DNA from: Rikenellaceae bacterium
Lineage (GTDB): Bacteria; Bacteroidota; Bacteroidia; Bacteroidales; UBA932
Reading direction: 5' to 3'
DNA length: 52,116 bases
Assembly: GCA_012800665.1 (NCBI GenBank)
Contig: JAAZIW010000004.1
Span: 1 to 52,116, forward strand
Shown: in pieces, positions 1 through 8,365 of the stretch
Layout of the letters: each line of letters starts with the position of its first letter
Numbering within the stretch: position 1 is the first letter of the stretch
The notes under the pieces: model-generated
Databases searched by the model: none
What the model was told of the DNA's origin: nothing
Seen by the model: the letters and a program-made list of their open reading frames with translations, nothing else
Translations under genes and position numbers: made by a program

Positions 1-5
1 ATAAT

Positions 6-692
6 ATGAAAATAACAAAACACACTGTAACCTCACTTGCCTATGAGTTGAAAGTAGAGGGTAAACTTGCCGACAAGGCCGATGAGCAGCAGCCTTTGGA
101 ATACATACATGGCACGAACATGCTTATTCCCCGCTTCGAGGAAGAGCTTGAGGGGAAAGAGGCCGGGGATGATTTTGATTTCACCCTTAGCCCCGAAGAG
201 GGTTACGGCCCCTATAAAATGGAATACAAATTTGATATATCCAAAGATGCCTTTATGGTAAACGGCGAGTTGCAGGAGCAGTTTCTGCAAGTCGGCAATA
301 TTGTTCCCATGCTTGATGGCAACGGCAATGTGGTGCGCGGGCTTGTAGCTGCGATAGGAGAAGATAAGGTTACTATGGACTTCAATCACCCTATGGCGGG
401 TAAAACCCTGCATTTCACGGGCACTGTGCTGGCAGTTCGCGAAGCCACTGAAGAGGAACTGGAGAATGGCCTGCACGGCGAATATCTGCCTCAGGAGGAA
501 TGCGGCCATAAATGCCACCACTGCCATGGCGATTGCGGAGATGAAGAGGAGGAAAAAGAAGATTGCTGCCATGGAGAGAACCGTCGGAACGGCACCTGCG
601 ACAACCATAACGGAGGCTTGGACAAAGAATGCAGTTGCGGCGATGACTGCGATTGCGGATGTAACGAAGGCGAAGAATGCAGTTGCAAATAA
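6..692 (+). CDS. slyD: FKBP-type peptidyl-prolyl cis-trans isomerase SlyD with long Cys/His-rich C-terminal tail
   Basis: MKITKHTVTSLAYEL start, PLEYIHG, PEEGYG and DFNHPMAGKTLHFTGTVLAVREATEEEL motifs; Cys/His-rich tail. Confidence 0.93.
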   Translation: MKITKHTVTSLAYELKVEGKLADKADEQQPLEYIHGTNMLIPRFEEELEGKEAGDDFDFTLSPEEGYGPYKMEYKFDISKDAFMVNGELQEQFLQVGNIVPMLDGNGNVVRGLVAAIGEDKVTMDFNHPMAGKTLHFTGTVLAVREATEEELENGLHGEYLPQEECGHKCHHCHGDCGDEEEEKEDCCHGENRRNGTCDNHNGGLDKECSCGDDCDCGCNEGEECSCK

Positions 693-724
693 AAATGTAA
701 TCGCTGAAAGAAACAAAATATAAA

Positions 725-1798
725 ATGCGCGCGGCTGTAGTAATACTTAACTGGAACACTAAGGAGTATCTGAGGAGTTTTCTTCCTCCGCTCCTCAGGA
801 GTCTTGGTAAAGAAGACCGCTTGGTGGTGGCGGACAATGCCTCCACCGACGGCTCCCTTGCCATGATGGCGGAAGAGTTTCCATCGGTGCAAACCATACC
901 CTTGGATAAAAACTACGGCTTTACCGGAGGCTACAACCGCGCCCTTTCGCAGCTCGATGCTGAGTATTTCGTACTCATCAATTCCGATATTTTAGTGGAG
1001 GATGGTTGGCTGGAGCCGCTCATCAGCTATATGGAAGCGCATCCCGAATGCGGACTTTGCGGACCAAAACTGCACGGGCTGGTAAAATCCGCCGATAGCG
1101 GCGAATATATTAAAACCGGCTGTTTCGAATATGCCGGCGCAGCAGGAGGCTTCCTCGATAATTTTGCTTTCCCCTTTTGCAGAGGCCGCGTACTTCAGCG
1201 CGTATGCAAAGACGAAGGACAATACGACACCCCCATGGATGTGCTTTGGTGTTCAGGTTCCTGCCTGATGATACGCAGCAGTGTATGGAAGGCGCTTGGT
1301 GGATTTGATGAAAGATTTTTTGCACATATGGAAGAAATAGACCTCTGCTGGAGGGCGCAATTGGCAGGATGGAAAGTGTGCAATGTTCCTCAAAGCCGTG
1401 TATGGCATCTCGGAGGAGGGACGCTAAGCCCTAAATCCCCATGGAAGTTAGAGCTCAATTACCGCAACAATCTCCTCCTGTTGGATAATAATCTGACCGC
1501 AACCTATCTGGCGGCAGGCGTATCCCTCCAAAAGGCCAAAAGAAAAGCCAAATTCAAAACAGCCATGCGCGTATGCATAGACAATATTACACGCATCATT
1601 TACTTCTTAAGCGGCAAAACAGACTACGCCAAAGCCGTTGGAAAGGCTCACGCAAGCTGGAAAAAGCTGCGCCGTGAAGGCTCCTTAAAGGCGGAAGGAA
1701 TTCCCGTCGGCATCATCCCTATAAACATCATTCCGCATGCCCTAATCAGGCGGAACGGAATATTCACTTATCTCGACAAAAAAATCTTCGGCATATGA
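725..1798 (+). CDS. Glycosyltransferase family 2 protein
   Basis: AVVILNWN, VADNASTDGS, NYGFTGGYN, INSD, GGFDERFFAHMEEIDLCWR motifs. Confidence 0.9.
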   Translation: MRAAVVILNWNTKEYLRSFLPPLLRSLGKEDRLVVADNASTDGSLAMMAEEFPSVQTIPLDKNYGFTGGYNRALSQLDAEYFVLINSDILVEDGWLEPLISYMEAHPECGLCGPKLHGLVKSADSGEYIKTGCFEYAGAAGGFLDNFAFPFCRGRVLQRVCKDEGQYDTPMDVLWCSGSCLMIRSSVWKALGGFDERFFAHMEEIDLCWRAQLAGWKVCNVPQSRVWHLGGGTLSPKSPWKLELNYRNNLLLLDNNLTATYLAAGVSLQKAKRKAKFKTAMRVCIDNITRIIYFLSGKTDYAKAVGKAHASWKKLRREGSLKAEGIPVGIIPINIIPHALIRRNGIFTYLDKKIFGI

Positions 1799-3156
1799 AA
1801 ATAGTCATTCAAGGAGCCGGAGCCGTAGGTTCCCATCTTGCAAAAATGCTAAGGGCGGAGGGCAACGAAATCACCGTCATCGATGACGATTCGCAGCGCC
1901 TTCAAAATTTAGCTTTGAACGCTGACGTCCTTACCATTGAAGGCAGCCCCACAAACATAAGCGTGCTTAAAGATGCTGACACCGGCAGAGCTGATTTATT
2001 TATAGCTGTTTACCCTTCTGCCATGCAGGATATCAACATTGTAGGAGCATTGCTGGCAAAGCATTTGGGAGCGGCGAAGGTGCTTGCGCGCATCAATGAT
2101 GAAGAGTATCTTAAGGCCGAGAACAAACAGCTGTTCAAAGATATGGGCATTGAGCTCATGTTTTATCCCGAAAAAATAGCGGCTGACGAAATAGTGGATC
2201 TGCTGCGCCATGCCGCTTTTACGGAAACCATGGACTTTGCGCACGGAAGATTGCAGATAGGCCTTTTCAAATTGGATGAAAACTCCCCTCTTTTGGATAA
2301 CAAACTCATCGAATTCACCGGCTCGATGACTAAAGAAGATTCTGAAAAATTCAGAATAATTGCTATATCGCGGGGCGAAGATACTATTATCCCAAAGGCG
2401 GATACCGTATTTCAATATGGTGACCTGCTCTTTACCATCAGTAAAAAAGAGGGTATTGAACTGCTGATAAAATACTTCGGCAAAAAGAACATTGCGGTTG
2501 AGAAAGTGATGATAATGGGAGGCAGCAGGATAGCCTCAATGCTGGCTCGCAGCCTTGTAAAATTAGGAATTGGAGTAAAAATCATAGAAATAAAGCTGGA
2601 CCATTGCAGGAAATTGGTTGAGAATTTGCCTGAGGATGTTATAGTGGTGAACGGAGACGGAAGAGACTCTTCTTTCCTTTATGAAGAAGGCATAGAGGGC
2701 TATGATGCCTTTGTGGCGCTTACAGGCGAAGACGAAACAAATATACTCTCATGCGTGGTGGCGAAGAAACTTGGAATTCCGCGCACTATCGCTGAAGTGG
2801 AGAACTTCGAATACAGCCGTCTTGCCGAAGAGATGGGTGTGGACAGCGTAATAAATAAAAAACTCATAACAGCGGGACGTATCTTCAAGTTCACCCTTTC
2901 GGGAAAAGCACGCTTTGTAAAATATATGTCGGGCACCTCGGCACAAATCATAGAATACACCGTCACACCGGGCAGCAGAATAACCAAAAAGCCCCTTAAA
3001 GACCTGGGCTTCCCTTCGGGAGCGATAATCGGAGGGGTGATTAGAAAAAAAGAAGCAATGATTGCCGTAGGCGACACAATAATTGAGCCTCACGACCGCG
3101 TTGCAATATTCACCCTGCCCGACACGATAAAAGAAGTCGACAGATTTTTTAAATAG
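1795..3156 (+). CDS. trkA: Trk potassium uptake regulatory subunit TrkA (tandem RCK domains)
   Basis: MKIVIQGAGAVG Rossmann motif, second GGSRIA motif, 453 aa; ATGA overlap with upstream gene. Confidence 0.93.
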   Translation: MKIVIQGAGAVGSHLAKMLRAEGNEITVIDDDSQRLQNLALNADVLTIEGSPTNISVLKDADTGRADLFIAVYPSAMQDINIVGALLAKHLGAAKVLARINDEEYLKAENKQLFKDMGIELMFYPEKIAADEIVDLLRHAAFTETMDFAHGRLQIGLFKLDENSPLLDNKLIEFTGSMTKEDSEKFRIIAISRGEDTIIPKADTVFQYGDLLFTISKKEGIELLIKYFGKKNIAVEKVMIMGGSRIASMLARSLVKLGIGVKIIEIKLDHCRKLVENLPEDVIVVNGDGRDSSFLYEEGIEGYDAFVALTGEDETNILSCVVAKKLGIPRTIAEVENFEYSRLAEEMGVDSVINKKLITAGRIFKFTLSGKARFVKYMSGTSAQIIEYTVTPGSRITKKPLKDLGFPSGAIIGGVIRKKEAMIAVGDTIIEPHDRVAIFTLPDTIKEVDRFFK

Positions 3157-3160
3157 CAAA

Positions 3161-3194
3161 CAAAAAAGGCGGCCGAAAATGGTCACCTTTTTTG
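3161..3194. terminator. Probable bidirectional intrinsic terminator between trkA and tRNA-Arg
   Basis: aaaaaaggcggcc-gaaaat-ggtcacctttttt imperfect hairpin with A and T tracts on both sides. Confidence 0.7.
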
Positions 3195-3268
3195 TGATTC
3201 CGCAGGGATTCAAACCCCGAACCTTCTGATCCGTAGTCAGATGCTCTATTCAATTGAGCTACGGAACC
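3195..3268 (-). tRNA. tRNA-Arg (ACG)
   Basis: Reverse complement GGTTCCGTAGCTCAATTGAATAGAGCATCTGACTACGGATCAGAAGGTTCGGGGTTTGAATCCCTGCGGAATCA; cloverleaf with anticodon ACG; CCA not encoded. Confidence 0.95.
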
Positions 3269-3286
3269 AATGTAAAACCCTTATTA

Positions 3287-3664
3287 CTATGCTTTGGCTT
3301 GCTTGGAGGCTATGGTCTTCTCGCGAATACGAGCCTTCTTGCCTGACAATTTGCGGAGATAGAATATGCGGGCGCGACGAACCTTACCAACCTTGTTTAC
3401 GGTAATGCTGTCAATTGCCGGAGAATGGAAGGGAAAAATCCTTTCTACTCCGATTCCGCCGGAAACCTTTCGCACGGTAAAAGTGCGGGTGAGAGGAGTT
3501 GCACCGCTTATTTGAATAACCACTCCACGGAAATCCTGCAAACGCACTTTATCGCCCTCCCTGATTCTAACGGCAACGGTGATGGTGTCGCCGGCTTTGA
3601 ACTCAGGAAAATTTGCAACGTTCTCGTTTACAAAAGATTGTTCTGCTATTGTAAGTAAATCCAT
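3287..3664 (-). CDS. rplS: 50S ribosomal protein L19
   Basis: [42 protein letters not shown]. Confidence 0.97.
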   Translation of the reverse strand: MDLLTIAEQSFVNENVANFPEFKAGDTITVAVRIREGDKVRLQDFRGVVIQISGATPLTRTFTVRKVSGGIGVERIFPFHSPAIDSITVNKVGKVRRARIFYLRKLSGKKARIREKTIASKQAKA

Positions 3665-3735
3665 AATAAAAAAATCCTATTCGCCTCGCAGCGTCATTTA
3701 ACCATTAAAAGAGAGGCTGCTTTCTTTTTGGGCAG

Positions 3736-3766
3736 CAAAGATATGAATTATTTTTTACTTGACAAA
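3736..3766 (-). promoter_or_regulatory. Bacteroidota primary-sigma promoter for rplS-tRNA-Arg
   Basis: TTTG-N19-TATCTTTG on minus strand matches the -33/-7 consensus. Confidence 0.75.
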
Positions 3767-3771
3767 CTTTT

Positions 3772-4959
3772 TTAATTGAAATATTGGCTCTCCTTTTCGA
3801 ACAAAGCCCTGTCTTCACGGCTCGGATTGGGCCGTACAGCATCTGATTTTGCCAGCTGTTCTACAGCCTCTTTATCGGAGCCGCGGAGTTTGCGGGGTAT
3901 CCAAACCAATATCTTTACAAACAAATCGCCTTTGCCATAATTGTTTATACTCGGCAATCCCTGACCCCGCATACGCACAACGGTGCCTGACTGAGTTCCC
4001 GGCTCAATTCTGAGTCTTTGTGACGTACCGATTGCAGGGACATCAATGGTGGTGCCCAATATGGCTTCGGTAATCGAAATCACGCGTGTATAAAACAGAT
4101 TTGCACCCTCACGCTTGAGCTGATTGTGCGGCTTTTCGCTTACTACCACCAATAGGTCTCCGTTTACACCGCCGCGCGGAGCAGAGTTGCCTTCACCGCG
4201 CACGCTTATTTGCATGCCGTCCTCAACGCCGGCAGGAATAGTCACCCGCACTGTCTCCTTGCGCCTTATCACACCGCTTCCATTGCAATTCCTACAGGGA
4301 TTGGTAACTATCTTGCCCTCTCCCCCGCACTGCTGGCAGGTTTCGTTGGTCATAGTTCTGCCGAAGAGTGAATTCACCACTCTTTGCACATAACCGCTGC
4401 CATGGCAGGCAGGACAGGTTTTTACATCCGAAGCATTGGGGGTTCCCATTCCATTGCATTTGGGGCAGGGACGGTTGCGCTCTATAGTGACTTCTTTTGT
4501 ACAGCCGCTTGCTATTTCTTCCAAGATGAGCGATACCCTTGTGCGGATGTCGCGGCCTCGAAGAACCCTTGCACCCTGCTGCCTGGAACCGCCTCCGAAG
4601 AACGATTCAAAACCACCGAAAGAGTCTCCGCCAAAGCCGAAAGCTCCTCCGAAGAGGTCGTTCAGAATATCGTTCAGATTGCCGAAACCCTGACTGAAAT
4701 CAGGCGCAGCCGAAGGATCCACGCCGGCAAAGCCGAATTGGTCGTATTTTGCCCTCTTTTGAGGGTCGCTCAATACCGAATACGCCTCCGAAGCTTCTTT
4801 GAACTTTTCTTCGGCGGTTTTCTTCTCGGCATCGGTACCGGACACCCATTTATCGGGATGCCACTTTATGGCCGCCTTGCGGTAAGCCTGTTTTATATCG
4901 TCTTCGTTAGCACTCTTCTGAATGCCCAAGACCTCATAATAATCTCTTTTTTCTGCCAT
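3772..4959 (-). CDS. dnaJ: Molecular chaperone DnaJ
   Basis: J domain with HPD, G/F-rich region, four CxxCxGxG repeats. Confidence 0.97.
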   Translation of the reverse strand: MAEKRDYYEVLGIQKSANEDDIKQAYRKAAIKWHPDKWVSGTDAEKKTAEEKFKEASEAYSVLSDPQKRAKYDQFGFAGVDPSAAPDFSQGFGNLNDILNDLFGGAFGFGGDSFGGFESFFGGGSRQQGARVLRGRDIRTRVSLILEEIASGCTKEVTIERNRPCPKCNGMGTPNASDVKTCPACHGSGYVQRVVNSLFGRTMTNETCQQCGGEGKIVTNPCRNCNGSGVIRRKETVRVTIPAGVEDGMQISVRGEGNSAPRGGVNGDLLVVVSEKPHNQLKREGANLFYTRVISITEAILGTTIDVPAIGTSQRLRIEPGTQSGTVVRMRGQGLPSINNYGKGDLFVKILVWIPRKLRGSDKEAVEQLAKSDAVRPNPSREDRALFEKESQYFN

Positions 4960-4964
4960 AACTA

Positions 4965-5504
4965 TTATGCTCCAACAACTACTTTAGCATAGCGGAGAAC
5001 TTTTCCGGACAGCAGATATCCTGTTTGCACCACATCCAGCACATTGCCTTTCTGATCTTCTGAGGGTGCGGGAACCTGAGCTACCGCCTCATGGAAATCA
5101 ATATCGAACTTAGCTCCCTTCGCTTCTATAACCTCCAAGCCCTTGGTCTTCAGGTAGCCAAGCAACTTATTATAGATGAGAGCGGTACCTTCCTGAGCCG
5201 CCTTGTCCGACGACTTGGCCAGCAATTCCATTGCGCGCTCGCAATCATCCAAAACAGGAAGCATTCCTTTTATGGTATCTGCCGAAGCGGTGGATATAAG
5301 CTCGAGTCTCTCCTCTGCAGAGCGACGGCGGAATGTCTCGAATTCGGCCATCAGACGCAGATAATCATTATGCTCTGACGACAATTTGTCAGTAAGTTCA
5401 TCTACCTTTTTTTGGAGTTCCTGCTCTTTGCAAGGCTTTTTTTCTTTATGTCCTTTTTCAGGCTCAGACTTATTATCTTTTTTCTTCTTTATTTCTTCCG
5501 CCAT
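4965..5504 (-). CDS. grpE: Nucleotide exchange factor GrpE
   Basis: LRLMAEFETFRRR, LPVLDDCERA, FHEAV, QTGYLLSGKVLRYAKVVV. Confidence 0.96.
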   Translation of the reverse strand: MAEEIKKKKDNKSEPEKGHKEKKPCKEQELQKKVDELTDKLSSEHNDYLRLMAEFETFRRRSAEERLELISTASADTIKGMLPVLDDCERAMELLAKSSDKAAQEGTALIYNKLLGYLKTKGLEVIEAKGAKFDIDFHEAVAQVPAPSEDQKGNVLDVVQTGYLLSGKVLRYAKVVVGA

Positions 5505-5529
5505 AATATCTTTAGTTTCAAATCAATTG

Positions 5530-5577
5530 CAAATATAGCAAAACTTCTGCCATAGGGTAAAGTTGACAAAAAGTCAA
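5530..5577 (-). promoter_or_regulatory. grpE-dnaJ promoter region: -7 element TATATTTG (5530-5537), sigma-54 -24/-12 element TGGCAGAAGTTTTGCT (5537-5552) and TTGAC-N5-GTCAA palindrome (5563-5577)
   Basis: Read directly from sequence; exact GG-N10-GC spacing of sigma-54 promoters. Confidence 0.65.
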
Positions 5578-5615
5578 AAGAAATATTTATATTCGTAGAA
5601 TTGAAAAAAGAATTT

Positions 5616-6341
5616 ATGAAAAGCAGACATTTTCTCCTTATCCTTGCGGCCGCATTCTCATTATGGGCTTGTACCGGCGATATATTGCCGGAGGGCTCCT
5701 CACGCATCTACAAAAATACTGACGGCTCCGAACCTGTCATCGGTGAAACCTTAAGAAGCAGCGAGTCAAACCAGAATGCCGTCTATGTCAGCGCAGGCAC
5801 TCTTAATGTATATGACTGCATAATCAGAAAAAGCGGAGACGGCAGTTCGCTTGCCGGAGGTTCAAATGCCGCTGTGCTCGTTACAGGCACAGGCTGGCTT
5901 GTAATGAAGGGCAGCAGCTCTGTTTCCGGTGCAAGTTTCGCTCCGGCGCTTGCCGTAACAGGAGGTAAGGCAGGCAGCGCTATGAAAATCTCAAGCAGCA
6001 TACTATCCGCCACCGGCACTGACTCCCCTGCCATCTATATGGAAAAGGGTGAGATAATTATGGATGAAGGACAAATATCCACCGGAGGAAATGTTGCCGC
6101 TATAATGGTGCCCAAAGGAGCCGCCGCAACACTGACGCTCAATGGAGTGATTTGCGAATGCCCGATACTTGCCGAAGTAGGCGGTACGCTCAATCTCAAA
6201 CTCGGGCAATACGGCTCATCCGAAATAAAATATACAGGTTCAATACAAATCCTGGAAGGAGGCAAAGTGGTATTGGAAGATCCCTATAAAATCTGGAAAG
6301 GAGCTACAAGCGGTTCGGGGAAACTTGAAAGAATAAATTAG
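5616..6341 (+). CDS. Hypothetical lipoprotein, probable right-handed beta-helix (pectin-lyase-like/adhesin-like)
   Basis: MKSRHFLLILAAAFSLWAC lipoprotein signal; G/S/A-rich beta-strand repeats (NAVYV, SNAAVLV, SPAIYM); ATG at 5616 preferred over TTG at 5601. Confidence 0.65.
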   Translation: MKSRHFLLILAAAFSLWACTGDILPEGSSRIYKNTDGSEPVIGETLRSSESNQNAVYVSAGTLNVYDCIIRKSGDGSSLAGGSNAAVLVTGTGWLVMKGSSSVSGASFAPALAVTGGKAGSAMKISSSILSATGTDSPAIYMEKGEIIMDEGQISTGGNVAAIMVPKGAAATLTLNGVICECPILAEVGGTLNLKLGQYGSSEIKYTGSIQILEGGKVVLEDPYKIWKGATSGSGKLERIN

Positions 6342-6349
6342 TCCCCTAA

Positions 6350-7993
6350 TCAGCCCAACAGAGCCTTTGCGTTGGCTACCGCCTCAGGAATAATCCGCTC
6401 GCCGGAAAGCAGGCGGGCGATTTCCATTATACGCTCCTCCCCTTCCACACGGCGTATTCCCGTAGTGTCCTGAAATTTTTCCACGACAAAGTGGGCATCG
6501 CCCTTTGCCGCCACCTGAGGAAGATGGGTTATTGCCAAAACCTGCATATTGCTTCCCATATCGCAAATCATACGCCCCATAGCATCGGCGGCGCTGCCCG
6601 AAACACCGGTGTCAATTTCATCGAAAATCATTGTGGGCATGCCTGTAAAGCGGGCCATCTGGGCTTTGAGACTCAGCATTATGCGGGAAATCTCACCGCC
6701 GCTGGCGCATTTGGCCACATCTACGGGATTTTTTCCTGTGGCAGAGAAGGCGAAAAGCACGGAATCCGCTCCCGTAGGACCGCCATCCACTGCTATCACC
6801 TGCACCTCGAATACGGCACGCTCGAGTTCGAGGAATTTCAGACTCGACAATATGGCCTCTGCAAGCTTAGGGGCTGTCTCCGAGCGGGAATCATGAAGTT
6901 CTTTGCTCACCTTGGAATATGCTGAAGAGCATTCTGCGATTCCGGCATTCAATTCTTCCAGCTCGTTTTCGAGGACTGAGGAGTCGAAAAGCCGTGCGGA
7001 ATACTCTTCGCGTTTGGAAATCAGCTCTGCCTCGGTGCGGCAGCCGAATTTTTGAAAAAGCGAATAAATAAGCCCCATGCGCTCCTCCACCTGCTCTAAT
7101 CTATCCCCCGATACATCCACCTTTTCGGCTTCTCTTTCTATTGTGTCGCGGACATCCCCCAATTCTATCCTTGAAGATTCTATACGCTCCGAAAGTTCTT
7201 TCAGACTCGGAACAAATGCGCTTATCTTATCAAGAAGCCTCGATGCTTCCCTGAGCGCACCGTCCAAAGTCTGCTCCTCCCCCGATTCGAATAAGGCAAG
7301 GGCTGTTACAAGCGAAGATTTTATTTCATCGGCATTGGACAGGCGTTTTTGTTCTTCATCCAACTCCTCCATCTCCCCATCCCTCAATTTTGCGCTGTCA
7401 AGCTGGACAAACTGAGCCTGATTATAGTCGAAGTCCCTCTTCAAACTCTCAAGTTCTTTTTCTGCTTTGGACTTGCGGGAGCGCAAATCCTGCAATTCAC
7501 GCCACAATTCGCCGCATTTGCGCAAATGCTCCGAATTCCCGGCAAAAAGGTCGAGAACTCTCAGCTGATAGCGCTTGTCGGAGAGTATGAGTTTGTTGTG
7601 TTGGGAATGAATATCTATCAAAAGCTCGGCGCATTTTGCCAGCACGGGCAGATTCACAGGGCAATCATTTACGAAAGAACGGGAACGGCCGGTAGAATAA
7701 AGAATCCTTCGGATTATCAGACTGCCGTCTTCCACCCACTCCACCTCGTTTTCTTCCAAAAGAGACTTAAGCGACTCATCAGCATTCTCAAACTCCCCTT
7801 CTACTATACAGCTTTCCGCTCCGGACGATACTAAAGAGGCATCGCCCTTGGCTCCTGTGAGCAAGCTGAGAGCGCCCAAAAGAATACTTTTGCCCGCTCC
7901 GGTCTGACCGGTAATAATGGCAAGACCCTCTGGAAAAGACACATCCAAAGAGTCTATAAGCACGTAATTACTTATGTGTAGCGAGCGGAGCAA
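6350..7993 (-). CDS. recN: DNA repair protein RecN
   Basis: TGQTGAGKS Walker A, ASGGEISR signature, FDEIDTGVSG, ITHLPQVAA; TTG start. Confidence 0.96.
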   Translation of the reverse strand: MLRSLHISNYVLIDSLDVSFPEGLAIITGQTGAGKSILLGALSLLTGAKGDASLVSSGAESCIVEGEFENADESLKSLLEENEVEWVEDGSLIIRRILYSTGRSRSFVNDCPVNLPVLAKCAELLIDIHSQHNKLILSDKRYQLRVLDLFAGNSEHLRKCGELWRELQDLRSRKSKAEKELESLKRDFDYNQAQFVQLDSAKLRDGEMEELDEEQKRLSNADEIKSSLVTALALFESGEEQTLDGALREASRLLDKISAFVPSLKELSERIESSRIELGDVRDTIEREAEKVDVSGDRLEQVEERMGLIYSLFQKFGCRTEAELISKREEYSARLFDSSVLENELEELNAGIAECSSAYSKVSKELHDSRSETAPKLAEAILSSLKFLELERAVFEVQVIAVDGGPTGADSVLFAFSATGKNPVDVAKCASGGEISRIMLSLKAQMARFTGMPTMIFDEIDTGVSGSAADAMGRMICDMGSNMQVLAITHLPQVAAKGDAHFVVEKFQDTTGIRRVEGEERIMEIARLLSGERIIPEAVANAKALLG

Positions 7994-7999
7994 GGAACG

Positions 8000-8326
8000 C
8001 TACTTTATGATATCCTCACTGCTAGCCTTCTTATAATAAAGTTCGCCATTTCTGAATTCTTCAGTGGCGATGAGGCCGGGCTTGGGCTGGCGCTCGTAAT
8101 ACTTGCTGATTTCGATTTGCTCTTTATTCTCGAACACCTCGTCTTTGGTGTCCCGTTCGTTGCGGAATTCTTCAAGCTTTCTATTGAGTTCCTTCTTTTC
8201 CGCCAATGCTATCTGATTGGCTCTCTTCGAGATTATCACTACGGTTTCGTAAAGATTGTCCGTAGGCTTCGCGAGTTCCTTGACATCGCGGGTAACAGTG
8301 GTGGTTGGTACTTTTCTAATATCCAT
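8000..8326 (-). CDS. rpoZ: RNA polymerase omega subunit (Bacteroidota type)
   Basis: NLYETVVIISKRANQI and EVFENKEQIEISKYYERQPKP; lies downstream of bamD. Confidence 0.92.
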   Translation of the reverse strand: MDIRKVPTTTVTRDVKELAKPTDNLYETVVIISKRANQIALAEKKELNRKLEEFRNERDTKDEVFENKEQIEISKYYERQPKPGLIATEEFRNGELYYKKASSEDIIK

Positions 8327-8365
8327 GATATATATACTACGAGCTTAACGCTACGGAAAGTTTCA

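Noticed and set aside
3195-3268. tRNA-Arg T-loop TTTGAAT instead of TTCGAAT as a sign of a pseudo-tRNA
   Set aside because: All stems are intact, and to my recollection this variant is usual for Bacteroidota tRNA-Arg(ACG).
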